Virus record (IMG/VR): IMGVR_UViG_3300048623_000062 | Location: 1-64,000 of that record | Strand: one strand, 5' to 3' | Source: a virus | Lineage: Duplodnaviria; Caudoviricetes | DNA length: 64,000 bases | Shown: one piece after another, positions 44,570 to 53,864 of the stretch | Position numbering within the stretch: the stretch's first letter is position 1 | Layout of the letters: each line of letters begins with the position of its first letter | Translations under genes and position numbers: made by a program | Notes under the pieces: model-generated | Told to the model about the DNA's origin: nothing | The model's input: the letters and a program-made list of their open reading frames with translations, nothing else | Database searches by the model: none

Positions 44570-44672
44570 GGGGTACAGGTTTCACCGCGGATGGTCGATT
44601 CATCCCGGTGAGCCGATACTGCTACCGAGCGACAACCGCAACCGCCCTCCTGGAGGGCAAGGAGCCACCATG
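44566..44672 (+). repeat. Early-region element family A, diverged copy
   Basis: Conserved GTAGGGGGTACAG and GAGCCGATACTGCTACCGAGC flanks; different but still paired stems. Confidence 0.85.
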
Positions 44673-45200
44673 GGTAAGAAGGAACTGGAAACCGCCTGCA
44701 TCGAGCTCGGACTCACGATCGAGGCGTTCTTCGTGCCGTACTCGCAGAGCGAGAACGCAAAGATGAGCGCTGGTAGCGATAGGCCGTGGCGCTCGCTAAA
44801 CTGGACGATCGTCTTGCGCTGCAAGGGCAGTGAAATCCTCCGCACCAACTTCGCCGCTGGAGTAGGTCACACGCCGACGTGGGCATCGGGGACGTGGGCA
44901 TCGGGGGCATCGAGTCGCGCCGATGTCGCAGCGGCGATCGCGCGAGAGATCGAGACTGGCCGCGCCAACGGCAAGCCAATCCTCCCAGACCGCATCGACT
45001 GCATCGCCAGCGTGGTCGCCGACGCGGACGTGCTCGACTTCCCCGACTTCGAGGCGTTCGCCGGCGAGCTTGGCTACAACCCCGACAGCCGTCACGCAGA
45101 GCGGATCTACAACGCCTGTGTGAAGACCGCCATAGCACTGCGCGCTGCCGTTGGCGAGGATGGCCTCGCTAAACTCCGCGCGGCCAGGGAGGACTACTAG
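44670..45200 (+). CDS. Conserved phage hypothetical protein
   Basis: AAGGAG RBS; FEAFAGELGYNPDSRHAERIYNAC. Confidence 0.7.
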   Translation: MGKKELETACIELGLTIEAFFVPYSQSENAKMSAGSDRPWRSLNWTIVLRCKGSEILRTNFAAGVGHTPTWASGTWASGASSRADVAAAIAREIETGRANGKPILPDRIDCIASVVADADVLDFPDFEAFAGELGYNPDSRHAERIYNACVKTAIALRAAVGEDGLAKLRAAREDY

Positions 45201-45204
45201 GCTC

Positions 45205-45405
45205 ATGGCGACGCCATACGAGATCGCGAGTGAAGCCCATCGGCAAGCCGCGTCGTTGTACGCTAAGGCGTCGAGCGCCTACCGCGCTCGCACGATCGGC
45301 GACGCCGAATTTCTCGCGGCTAGGGCTGCATTCGATGCGGCCACCGCGGCATTCGATGCGGCGTACGCCGCCGAGGAAGCGCGAGTGCTGGCGGGGGAGT
45401 CATGA
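45205..45405 (+). CDS. Ala-rich helical small protein
   Basis: ATG at 45205. Confidence 0.5.
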   Translation: MATPYEIASEAHRQAASLYAKASSAYRARTIGDAEFLAARAAFDAATAAFDAAYAAEEARVLAGES

Positions 45406-45893
45406 CCGACATTTGCCAGTGGCAAGAGTCGGAAGCGGTGCGCCTCGGCAGCACCGACCAGCAGTTGCTGTACGCCTCTGGGCAACTCCGCGAGGAGGAC
45501 CTCACCTCACTAGCTCGCAATGCGCTGTTCGCTCCGCTCTCTGTCCTGCGTCCTAGGCGCCAGATGTCACCCACCGTCATCCGTCATCCCGTGGACGCGT
45601 CCACCGGCCGGTGGACCTGCGCACCGGACGGCCGACGTTTACCAGTTCGGTGGTCAACTACACTTACGTCCGAGCTTACGGACATGGAGTTAGCCTCTCT
45701 CGCTGCGGTGGAGATCGCAGTCGAGCGCATGAACCTCAATGAGTGGTTGATCCGAGCGCGCGTTTACGCCACGATTCAACCACGGCTTCACCGGGGATAC
45801 TGCACGGCATGCCTGCAGTCCGCCGCTGAAGTATCCGCTCTCGTCTCGGTCTCTTGGGCCGGACGCACCCTTTCCCGGGAGTACGCACTATGA
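45402..45893 (+). CDS. Hypothetical protein
   Basis: GGGGGAG RBS; coupled. Confidence 0.55.
   Translation: MTDICQWQESEAVRLGSTDQQLLYASGQLREEDLTSLARNALFAPLSVLRPRRQMSPTVIRHPVDASTGRWTCAPDGRRLPVRWSTTLTSELTDMELASLAAVEIAVERMNLNEWLIRARVYATIQPRLHRGYCTACLQSAAEVSALVSVSWAGRTLSREYAL
45413..45425. repeat. Dispersed palindrome copy
   Basis: TTGCCAGTGGCAA; inside CDS (CQWQ frame). Confidence 0.9.
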
Positions 45894-46276
45894 GCCGCCA
45901 TACTCGCTCCTACGCGGAGCGCCCCGCATCGCGCGTCGTCGCAATCCCGTCCCTTCGTGCGACCACGGAGATCCCGACGCCACCGCCGCGCCATATTCCA
46001 TCGTCGCTGGACGACTTCGGAGACCAGACCGACCACGGTCACCACTCCATCACCGGGATCCCGGCGATGGAGTGCAACCGGCCCGCACTCGCGCCGTGGG
46101 CCGTCCAGAATGGCGTATTGGCGGTCCTCCAGGCGACCGGGGGGTACGTGTCCGCTCATGACGCCATGGCGGGCTCGGTCGATCACATCGACGAGCTCGA
46201 ACAACTCATCGTGCGCCTCACGGCGCGCGACGCACTTCACATCCCGTTCGTTCAACCGGAAAGGATCCCTTCATGA
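45890..46276 (+). CDS. Hypothetical protein
   Basis: ATG overlaps upstream TGA. Confidence 0.5.
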   Translation: MSRHTRSYAERPASRVVAIPSLRATTEIPTPPPRHIPSSLDDFGDQTDHGHHSITGIPAMECNRPALAPWAVQNGVLAVLQATGGYVSAHDAMAGSVDHIDELEQLIVRLTARDALHIPFVQPERIPS

Positions 46277-46470
46277 CCCTCAGCGCCCTCAAAACCCAGA
46301 AGACCGTGTACCAGTCCGGCCACACGCCGGAGGTCCGCCCCACGCATCGCTGCAAGCAGAGCATCACGCTCGACGGCGCCAAGTACCCATGCCTGCTGAA
46401 CATCGAGCACCACGGGATGCATGACGGGTTCGCCGTCCATCCCGTCGACGGCAACGTCGTCCTCTGGTAG
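46273..46470 (+). CDS. Small Cys/His protein
   Basis: AAGGA RBS; C...C...H.G.H. Confidence 0.55.
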   Translation: MTLSALKTQKTVYQSGHTPEVRPTHRCKQSITLDGAKYPCLLNIEHHGMHDGFAVHPVDGNVVLW

Positions 46471-46498
46471 TCCCTCCCCCTCCTACCAGAGGCGATAA

Positions 46499-46545
46499 CC
46501 CCGGCGCGAATCCCTCCCCCGTTCCCGCGCCGGGGTCTGCAGGAT
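46499..46545 (+). terminator. GC-rich intergenic hairpin (terminator or processing site)
   Basis: CCCCGGCGCG...CGCGCCGGGG inverted repeat; no clear U-tract. Confidence 0.4.
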
Positions 46546-46562
46546 CTGCCCTACCTGCACTG

Positions 46563-47186
46563 ATGAGCCAGGGCCACGGAGATTCTTATATGACCGAGCA
46601 CGCCAACACCGAATACCCCCGCCTCACGGACGATCGCCAGTGGCATCGCTATTCGTACAACATCGGTTCCCCGTACGACGACTGGGCGACCGCGCGCAAG
46701 GATGCACAGCGCGAGCTCGAGGCGTTGCCACTGGGTGCCGCAATCGTCGATGTCCACTGGGCGGGCGGCGACGGCTACCTGGTCGTGCGGCCGACTGTCG
46801 AGGACGCCGAGCGCTACCTCGACGAGTTGGTGGACCGGCACCGCGGAACCCGGCCGAGTCGACATTACGCCGACCTGACCTATCCGGGATGCAGCGAGAG
46901 CAGTGCGGTCGTCCTTGTGGTCAAGGCGGCTATCGACTCTGTACGACGAAACGCGGTCACCGATGACGACCTACGCAAGCTGCAGCAGGAGGCCGAGGCC
47001 GCTCACGATTTTGACACGGTCTATCTCGTCAACTGCGCGCTCGACCTGCCAGGTCCGGCGCCGAAGATGCCACCGGGCGACGCGCGGGCCAAGTTGGAGC
47101 AGCACATCATGGACGTGCGCAAGGCGCGCATGGATGAGGCCAGAAGCAAACTCTCGGACGTTGTCTGCGAGCTCTGGAATTCCTGA
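46563..47186 (+). CDS. Hypothetical protein
   Basis: ORF track; alternative start 46590. Confidence 0.6.
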   Translation: MSQGHGDSYMTEHANTEYPRLTDDRQWHRYSYNIGSPYDDWATARKDAQRELEALPLGAAIVDVHWAGGDGYLVVRPTVEDAERYLDELVDRHRGTRPSRHYADLTYPGCSESSAVVLVVKAAIDSVRRNAVTDDDLRKLQQEAEAAHDFDTVYLVNCALDLPGPAPKMPPGDARAKLEQHIMDVRKARMDEARSKLSDVVCELWNS

Positions 47187-47205
47187 ACTTCCCGTGCTCG
47201 AACTC

Positions 47206-47358
47206 ATGAACACGCAAGACGACGCCATCCTGTCTATCGCATGCCCCAAATGCGAAGCCTACCCGGGCGACCGCTGCCACTCGATGGCCAGCAGTGGGTG
47301 GAGGGTGGTCCGTGCGCATCGCGAGCGCGTACTCGCCGCCCACAGGAAGGCACCATGA
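47206..47358 (+). CDS. Small Zn-finger protein
   Basis: CPKCEAYPGDRC...HRER. Confidence 0.6.
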   Translation: MNTQDDAILSIACPKCEAYPGDRCHSMASSGWRVVRAHRERVLAAHRKAP

Positions 47359-47663
47359 TCACGTTCTGCGAATGCGGCCACGGACGTGAATCGCACGATC
47401 TCGATGACGCGTGCTCCGCGTGTCGCTGCCGCGCCATGAGCAACCCAGCCGACATGAACCTTCCCATGGTCAAGGTGGCGCGCGAGCGGCACGAACTTCG
47501 CCTGCATCGCAACCGGAAGGCATTGCGCGGCGCCACCGTCATCGCGATCACTGCCGCGTACTTCCTAACCTACAGCAGCGTAGTTCTCGCAGTTGTGATA
47601 GCGGCTGGCCTGGTCGGGGAGATCGCATCGGAACGGTGGCAGAAGCGCCAGGAGGTCCCATGA
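47355..47663 (+). CDS. Zn-finger plus TM protein
   Basis: CECGH..H...C..CRC; C-terminal TM. Confidence 0.55.
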   Translation: MITFCECGHGRESHDLDDACSACRCRAMSNPADMNLPMVKVARERHELRLHRNRKALRGATVIAITAAYFLTYSSVVLAVVIAAGLVGEIASERWQKRQEVP

Positions 47664-47968
47664 GCGAACTCACCAAGCTCGACGTTGCTGTACTCACCTG
47701 CTTCATCACGACGCTGTTCTGCGGGGTGATCGGCGTGTGGCGCGCCATCCTGGAGGCCAAGGCGAGCGACCGCAGGGAGTACGAGCAATACGAGCGAGGA
47801 CTCCGGCACGGACGAGAAGGGGAGGCGCGAGACCAGCGCCAGCGAGAGATCGACGCCGAACGCTCACGAATCGACCTCGAGCACGCGGCGCGGAATCTCG
47901 AGATCGTGGAGGAATACAGCCGTCGAGTCCGAGCGTACGTCGACGACGAAAACAGGACCTGGAACTGA
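47660..47968 (+). CDS. TM plus coiled-coil protein
   Basis: GGAGG RBS. Confidence 0.55.
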   Translation: MSELTKLDVAVLTCFITTLFCGVIGVWRAILEAKASDRREYEQYERGLRHGREGEARDQRQREIDAERSRIDLEHAARNLEIVEEYSRRVRAYVDDENRTWN

Positions 47969-48459
47969 TGCTTGACCCACGCACCATCGAGACGCTGCTC
48001 GCCGAGGCCGTTGCCCTGCAGGACTGGGATACGGTCGCGGTGTGCGAGCGTGCGTTGACCGGGATCATCTCGGTCGCCACCATGAAGCGCCTCAGCCCGC
48101 AAGCGTGCGTGGTCGTCCAGACCCTCGAGCTCAGACTCGCAGGCGTCCGGGCCGACAACCCGATGGTGCCCGAGAAGTACACCGAGATCGCCTTGCTCAC
48201 CCAGGACAAGGCCATCGAACGACTCGAGGCGAAGATAGGTCATCGCGTCGACCTTGATGAACGCGACCCCGCTTATTTGCCACCCGATGACGCGACTGCA
48301 GCCTGTGACGATGTCGATGTGGAGCTTGAGCTCGATGTCGACGTGTCCGATCTCGCCCCCACTCTTCCGCCCACGCCGCGGATGATCCGCGTATTCTCAG
48401 GGCTCGACCTCACTGAGCTCGATGACCCGGATGACGACAAGACGGTGATACCATCATGA
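47968..48459 (+). CDS. Acidic hypothetical protein
   Basis: TGATG coupling. Confidence 0.55.
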   Translation: MLDPRTIETLLAEAVALQDWDTVAVCERALTGIISVATMKRLSPQACVVVQTLELRLAGVRADNPMVPEKYTEIALLTQDKAIERLEAKIGHRVDLDERDPAYLPPDDATAACDDVDVELELDVDVSDLAPTLPPTPRMIRVFSGLDLTELDDPDDDKTVIPS

Positions 48460-48878
48460 GAATCATCCTGCTCCTTACCCTGCCTCTTCTCGTGACGTGC
48501 GCCGCGCTGTCGTCCGGCGGCCCCAGCGATCTGCCGGACTGCGCGGCCATCCACTGCACCACCGTGGACTGCGAAGGTGGTGACTACCAGATCGGGCGTT
48601 CCTGCACATGCCACTGGCCGCCCGCGAACGACATCCAGTGCTGGGATGACAGTGGCACGGTGGACCGGATGACCGGCTGCGCCGAGCAGGCTGATCTCTG
48701 GTGTACTCGAGCCGGGTTCCCCGGCGGCGGGTGTGTCGTGTGGTACGCCACGCGCTGCATGCCCACCGGACCTGACGCCACCATGTACTCTGACGAGCTC
48801 GCGGACTGTCTGGCTGCGATCGTGACCACCCCGCTACCGCGCACCGAGCCGCTCGAGTGCGTCGAGACCTGGCGATGA
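48456..48878 (+). CDS. Cys-rich secreted/lipoprotein-like protein, paralog of 40089-40337
   Basis: Signal peptide; HCTTVDC...CTCHWPPANDIQC. Confidence 0.65.
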   Translation: MRIILLLTLPLLVTCAALSSGGPSDLPDCAAIHCTTVDCEGGDYQIGRSCTCHWPPANDIQCWDDSGTVDRMTGCAEQADLWCTRAGFPGGGCVVWYATRCMPTGPDATMYSDELADCLAAIVTTPLPRTEPLECVETWR

Positions 48879-49081
48879 CGCCTGACCGGAAACGCGTCAT
48901 CGCGATTCACGTGTTGATGTACATCGCCGACCACATGGAAGCAGTGCTCGACGTGGACCCCGGACCCCATGACCTCGTCGAGACCGACGTCGAGGACGCA
49001 TTCCTCGTCAAAACGTTCAAGCGCGAAGCGGACAAGATACGCAAACGCGCCGACCGACTGCGCAAATCAAGGAGAATCTGA
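48875..49081 (+). CDS. Small hypothetical protein
   Basis: ATGA coupling. Confidence 0.5.
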   Translation: MTPDRKRVIAIHVLMYIADHMEAVLDVDPGPHDLVETDVEDAFLVKTFKREADKIRKRADRLRKSRRI

Positions 49082-49082
49082 G

Positions 49083-49256
49083 ATGCCTACCAAGATTGTC
49101 TCTAACCGCTCGATGACCCCGGCCCCGGACTTTCATATGGCCCTCCTATGGCTCCGTTCCATGGAGTCCATAATCGGCCACTCTGCGGTGGTCCTGCTGT
49201 CGGAGGTCGAGCAGTACGACCTGTTCGGGAACTACCGGCCGTTGGTTAAGGCGTGA
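49083..49256 (+). CDS. Small hypothetical protein
   Basis: AAGGAG RBS. Confidence 0.45.
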   Translation: MPTKIVSNRSMTPAPDFHMALLWLRSMESIIGHSAVVLLSEVEQYDLFGNYRPLVKA

Positions 49257-50288
49257 TCTCGACCACGCTCTACAACGAGAACGACGACTTCGCAGCCACC
49301 TGGCTGGAAAGCCTCATCGCCCATGGCCACATCGCGCAAGGAACCGTCGACCGACGCTCCATCGCCGACCTCACCCCAGCCGACGTTTCCGGGCCTGGAC
49401 AGCGCCACTTCTTCGCCGGGATTGGCGGATGGTCCCATGCCCTACGCCTCGCCGGAGTCAGCGACGATACCGACGTCTGGACAGGGAGTTGCCCCTGCCA
49501 GCCGTTCTCGGACGCGGGCAAGGGGGGGCGGAGTTCTCGACCCTCGACATCTTTGGCCGGCATGGTTCTCACTCATCCGCGAGTGCCGCCCTCCAATCAT
49601 CTTTGGAGAGCAGGTTGCGAGCCGCGATGGTCTCGAGTGGTTCGACGCTGTTTCGACTGACCTGGAACGATGCGATTACGCCGTCGGGGCGGCGGATCTA
49701 TGCGCTGCGGGCGTCGGTGCTCCGCACATCCGACAGCGGCTGTACTTCGTGGCCTACGCCATTGGCGACCGACGGCTCAAAGGCATCGGCGTACAGCAAC
49801 CGCAACGGCGACCCGAACCAGCCGTGCCTCAAGCTGACCGGAGCGGCGAAGATGGCGGCGTGGCCGACGCCGGTGGCACGGGACCACAAAACGGGCGGGA
49901 TGGACAGCCAGCTATCGACCGTGGCTCCGCTCGCAGCATGGGCAACCCCGGCCGCACACGAGGCGGGCGGAACGCCGGAGACGTTCATGGCGCGCAAGAC
50001 GAAGTGCGCGGAGCGAGCCGCGGACCGGGGCGTGAGCATGGGCGTCTCGTTGACGTCGCTGGCGATGCAGGTGCAACTCGCGGATTCTGGAACCCAGCCG
50101 ACTGGATCCTCTGCCGAGACCCAGCCGGGGGTCAGCCGGTCGCCCGGCCAGTTGAACCCGGAGCATTCCCGCTGGCTGCAGGGGTACCCGGCCGCGTGGG
50201 GCTCTTGCGGGGCTACGGCAACGCCATCGTCCCGCAAGTCGCCGCCCAGTTCATCCAAGCGGCGCTCCAAGCCATAGGAACGGCGTAG
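49253..50288 (+). pseudogene. C5 cytosine DNA methyltransferase alpha chain, frameshifted by one extra G in G7 run (49522-49528)
   Basis: HFFAGIGGW, GSCPCQPFS in frame 1; DPRHLWP, GEQV, APHIRQRLYFVA, GYGNAIVPQVA in next frame; removing one G gives GKGGGVLDPRHLWP. Confidence 0.85.
49323..50277 (+). CDS. Overlapping alternative-frame MTase beta chain (WPTP repeats, motif IX); start uncertain, also crosses G7 run
   Basis: SAALQSSLESRL, WPTP x2 plus WATP, GQLNPEHSRWLQGYP in ORF 49429-50277. Confidence 0.7.
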
Positions 50289-50309
50289 CAGATCCCGGAT
50301 GATTCCGAC

Positions 50310-50322
50310 TTGCCAGTGGCAA
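50310..50322. promoter_or_regulatory. Dispersed palindrome copy directly upstream of parB-like gene
   Basis: cTTGCCAGTGGCAAg, intergenic. Confidence 0.85.
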
Positions 50323-50493
50323 GCGTGGCGAGCATGATGCCACGCGACTCTGTGATTGACCCTGCGATCGAACGTTTTGGCAATGGCGGTAGCCCGCGAG
50401 GCGGCGTACCTCACCGCTGAACGCGAAAGCCTCGGACTGGTGAGTCCTGACGGCCCGCCACCCTTCCCTATCCCCATCCCCAAGGAGACTGTG

Positions 50494-51825
50494 ATGCGTT
50501 TCGATGACGATACTGACACCACCCCCGAAGAAGAGATCGATGAAATCGGCCCGGAAGTGACCGACGAGATCGAAGGCGACCCCGACGACAACGAGATCCC
50601 GGACCCGGAAGTCGTTCTAGTTCCAGACCCGGAGGCCGACTCGCCCGAGGAGCCGGTGCCGACCAAGGGGAATGGCCGCTCCAAGAAGCGGGCTTCGAAG
50701 CCGAAGCCGGGATCGGATGACCTCACGCTGGTGCCGACACGCTCGTTCGCCAAGCAGATTCCGGTCGCCGCCGAAGTCGTGGAGCCGCCGACTCCGGCCG
50801 AGGAGCGTGAGGTCCGGTACGAGCGCTTGAGTTCGATCCGGATCGAATACAAGCACTGGCAGAACCCGCGCCAGCGCACGGGGCTCGAGGACGCCAAGAT
50901 CAAGGCTCTTGCCGAGAGCATCTCGGCCCGCAGCACTACCGATGAGACCGGCGTTGTCACGGCCGGCCTCAAGACGCCGCTGGACGTCGTCGCCATCAAG
51001 TCCAACGGCGGCACCGTCCTCCTGGCGATCGACGGTCAGCGCCGGACGCGCGCGATGGAGTACCTGGGTCTACCGAGCGACACGCTCGTCCCGGTGTTCT
51101 ACTACAAGCCGGAACCCATCGACTGGACCCCAGCGGTTGCCGCCGAGCTCCTGCTCGAGGTCGTCGAGATGGCCTCCACGCGCGAGGGGCTGTCGAGCTT
51201 CGAGCTCGCGGACGTCGCCCAGCGACTCCGCTCGTCCAAGGACGAGGACACCGGCAAGGAATACACGATGGCGAAGATCGCCAAGGCGATCGACCGCTCC
51301 GAGTCGTGGTGCTCCAAGATCCTGGGCGCGATGAAGACCGCCACGCCTGCGCTCTTGCTGCGGTGGGAGAAAGGCGAGGTCACGGACGAGCAATTTAAGG
51401 ATTTGGCCGCGACCAAGGAGCCAAGCAAACAGAAGTCCGCCCTCAACGCCGTCATCGAGGCGCGGACGACCGGCGACACGCGCGGCGCGCGCACCCTCGC
51501 CAAAGAAGCGAAGGTCATCGCAAAGCGCGACGAGCCAAAGTCGAAGCCAAAGAAGCCGGCCAAGGGCGAGCAGACGTCGATCGATACGCCTCCTCCCATG
51601 AGGCCAACCCCGGGTGCGATCCTCGACGACCTGATCCGCGTGGCCGACGATCGCCCGCCGACCCACGACTACGTGCGCGGCATCATGGACGGCTTGCGAT
51701 ATGCGCGCGGCGGCATCGACCCGAGGAACTTCGGTAAGCCGTGGGGGGTATATCTGGGGCTCGTCATGGGCGAGTCGCCCACGAAGGCGAAGCCGGCCAA
51801 GGGCGCCAAGAAGCCCAAGAAGTAG
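50494..51825 (+). CDS. parB: ParB/Srx-family protein with HTH
   Basis: AAGGAG RBS; NPR, ALAESI, GLKTPL, IDGQRRTRA, REGLSSFE, MAKIAKAIDRSESWCSKIL. Confidence 0.85.
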   Translation: MRFDDDTDTTPEEEIDEIGPEVTDEIEGDPDDNEIPDPEVVLVPDPEADSPEEPVPTKGNGRSKKRASKPKPGSDDLTLVPTRSFAKQIPVAAEVVEPPTPAEEREVRYERLSSIRIEYKHWQNPRQRTGLEDAKIKALAESISARSTTDETGVVTAGLKTPLDVVAIKSNGGTVLLAIDGQRRTRAMEYLGLPSDTLVPVFYYKPEPIDWTPAVAAELLLEVVEMASTREGLSSFELADVAQRLRSSKDEDTGKEYTMAKIAKAIDRSESWCSKILGAMKTATPALLLRWEKGEVTDEQFKDLAATKEPSKQKSALNAVIEARTTGDTRGARTLAKEAKVIAKRDEPKSKPKKPAKGEQTSIDTPPPMRPTPGAILDDLIRVADDRPPTHDYVRGIMDGLRYARGGIDPRNFGKPWGVYLGLVMGESPTKAKPAKGAKKPKK

Positions 51826-52027
51826 ACGCTTCTCAGTGCGCTCGGACTGAGACTAGAACTGGCACTGACTCTTTGAGCGTAGCTCGGTACGATTTGAGCC
51901 CGAGACGGAAAATTCGCCAGTACTCCTCGGGCTCGCCGAGACGGGCAATGCAGATCCGAGACGGCCTTCTGCTGCCGTGACAGCCACTCCTGGTTGACCT
52001 GACCATTGTTCCGCGCGACCATGCAGC

Positions 52028-52246
52028 ATGGGAGCAATCATCGACCTGTGGAAAAGCGAGCGCGGCCTCATGGCCATGGTGCTCATCATCGCGAGCTTCG
52101 TGCTCACCATGACCGGCAAGGTGTCGGCCGACGTGTGGGTCGAATATACGAAGTGGATCTTCGTGACCTACGCGGCGGCCAAGATGGTCACGAGCGTGGC
52201 CGAGACGCGTGCCGGAGCGACCGCTGACCAGAAGCCGCAAGGGTAA
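52028..52246 (+). CDS. Holin-like two-TM membrane protein
   Basis: Small, two hydrophobic segments, charged C-terminus. Confidence 0.5.
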   Translation: MGAIIDLWKSERGLMAMVLIIASFVLTMTGKVSADVWVEYTKWIFVTYAAAKMVTSVAETRAGATADQKPQG

Positions 52247-52359
52247 CCCGCCGCCCTCCACCTGGCTGGGCACGCTGAGCGCGCCGACGCTCCCGATCAT
52301 TTAGAACACCCCAGCGTTCCAATGGCTGGGACTGCACCACCACTCTCACGGAGAAATCG

Positions 52360-52767
52360 ATGAACAACTACCGCTATCCACGATCGCCGATCACCGCCTA
52401 TTTCACGTCCGTCGTCTGCCTACTGCTGTTCGCCTGCACGCTCGGCGCGAGCTGCGACAAGAGCCAGCGGCAGGACACCCTCCGCGCCAGCCTCATCACC
52501 GTGAACGCGGCCCGCGACGGCTTCACCGTGTGGGACGTCGAGCACCAACAGCGCCTCGTCGAGGACGCCGTGGATCGCGAGACCGCCATCAAGGCGGTCA
52601 CCGAGTACCGCACCACCACGCAGAAGCCCATCGTCGATGGGTTCACCGTCGCCTATCGCGCGCTGGCCGTCGCGGCCACGCAGACCGACGAGCCGTCACT
52701 CAAGGCAGCGCTCATCGCCGCCACCGAGCTCGTGGACGCCGTCAAACGTCTCACCCAAGGGAAGTAG
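52360..52767 (+). CDS. Lipoprotein-like helical protein (possible lysis accessory)
   Basis: LLLFACTLGASC lipobox-like; GGAG RBS. Confidence 0.55.
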   Translation: MNNYRYPRSPITAYFTSVVCLLLFACTLGASCDKSQRQDTLRASLITVNAARDGFTVWDVEHQQRLVEDAVDRETAIKAVTEYRTTTQKPIVDGFTVAYRALAVAATQTDEPSLKAALIAATELVDAVKRLTQGK

Positions 52768-52770
52768 CCA

Positions 52771-53058
52771 ATGCCATCCACCGCCAGCAAGGTTCTCAAC
52801 ATCTCCGCCGTCGCCCTCGAGGCCGTCGGCGCCGTCGCAGCGCACGCCAAGACAGTGCTCGGCGGCAGCCACACCGTCGACCAGTTGTCGGACATCGCCA
52901 AGATGTTGGTGGCGGTTGTCGAGGCAGTCCGACATGGCCTCGAGACCACCGCGACCGCCGCCGATGTCGAGGCATCCCTGACCTCACTGCTCACCGGCAT
53001 CACGTCGAACAACTCGATCGTCGACGCGATGATTGACGAGAAGTTCAAGCAAGGGTAG
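52771..53058 (+). CDS. Small amphipathic helical protein
   Basis: ORF track, operon context. Confidence 0.55.
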   Translation: MPSTASKVLNISAVALEAVGAVAAHAKTVLGGSHTVDQLSDIAKMLVAVVEAVRHGLETTATAADVEASLTSLLTGITSNNSIVDAMIDEKFKQG

Positions 53059-53219
53059 CCAGCGACCCTGATCGCTGGACGCCATCCGAGTGAAGCCAGA
53101 GGTAGCCCGATGCCTTACCAAACCGGGAACTCCACCTGTCGAGGACCTGGATGTATCGGGACTAGGCGCGCCATGGGGAATCGGGACTTGAGCGGAGTGG
53201 TTGTCGTATACTAGGCGTC

Positions 53220-53855
53220 ATGCCTAGCCCCCAGCGAACCGCCCGCGCGCCGCGCTGCCAGGTGTACGAGAACAACCGGCGCTGCACGCGCGACGGCCAC
53301 GGCGAACCGGCCGTGTGCGCGCGCCACCGCGCCGCAATCGCCGGCGCCGCCAAGGCATCGCCATTCGCGACGATCGTCGCCGAGCAGGTCGAGAACTTCC
53401 TCGGCGGCAAGCCCATCAACCGCGAGGCGATCTTCGGCGGCATCGCCGAGACCCTGGCCCAGCAGTGGGCTCCGGCCATGGGCGGCGGGTACCACCCCGA
53501 GGTCGGACGACAGGAGAGCGAGAACTCAGCCCATCGGCGGGCTCAGTCAGGTCGCGCCGCCCAAGGCGTGAACTGGGGCGACATCTTCCGCGACGCCCAG
53601 GAGCGCGTACGGGATGCACAGCGCCAAACTCGGCAAACGCCTCCACCCCAGGCGGACGACAGCGAGCGCATCGCCCGCGACGTCGCGCTCGCTCGCCAGG
53701 TCATGGGGTTCGCGGCTTCCGAGCCGCTGACCGAGGAGGTGATCACCGCGAGGAAGCGCGCGCTCGCCAAGAAGCACCACCCGGATCGCGGCGGCAGCGT
53801 CGAAAAGATGGCGACCATCAACAACGCGGCTGACGTGTTGATGGCGTCGCTGTAG
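53220..53855 (+). CDS. Zn-finger plus C-terminal J-domain (DnaJ-like co-chaperone)
   Basis: LAKKHHPDRGGS...INNA (HPD motif); N-terminal C...C...CARH. Confidence 0.8.
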   Translation: MPSPQRTARAPRCQVYENNRRCTRDGHGEPAVCARHRAAIAGAAKASPFATIVAEQVENFLGGKPINREAIFGGIAETLAQQWAPAMGGGYHPEVGRQESENSAHRRAQSGRAAQGVNWGDIFRDAQERVRDAQRQTRQTPPPQADDSERIARDVALARQVMGFAASEPLTEEVITARKRALAKKHHPDRGGSVEKMATINNAADVLMASL

Positions 53856-53864
53856 CATCGGCGG

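Noticed and set aside
39891-44672. Families A/B as classical integron attC sites
   Set aside because: No RYYYAAC/GTTRRRY core pair; elements include the RBS; recombinase lacks evident IntI context. Kept only as a loose cassette analogy
52028-53058. Definite holin-spanin lysis cassette
   Set aside because: Only topology supports it and the endolysin is 5 kb away on the other strand; kept as low-confidence calls
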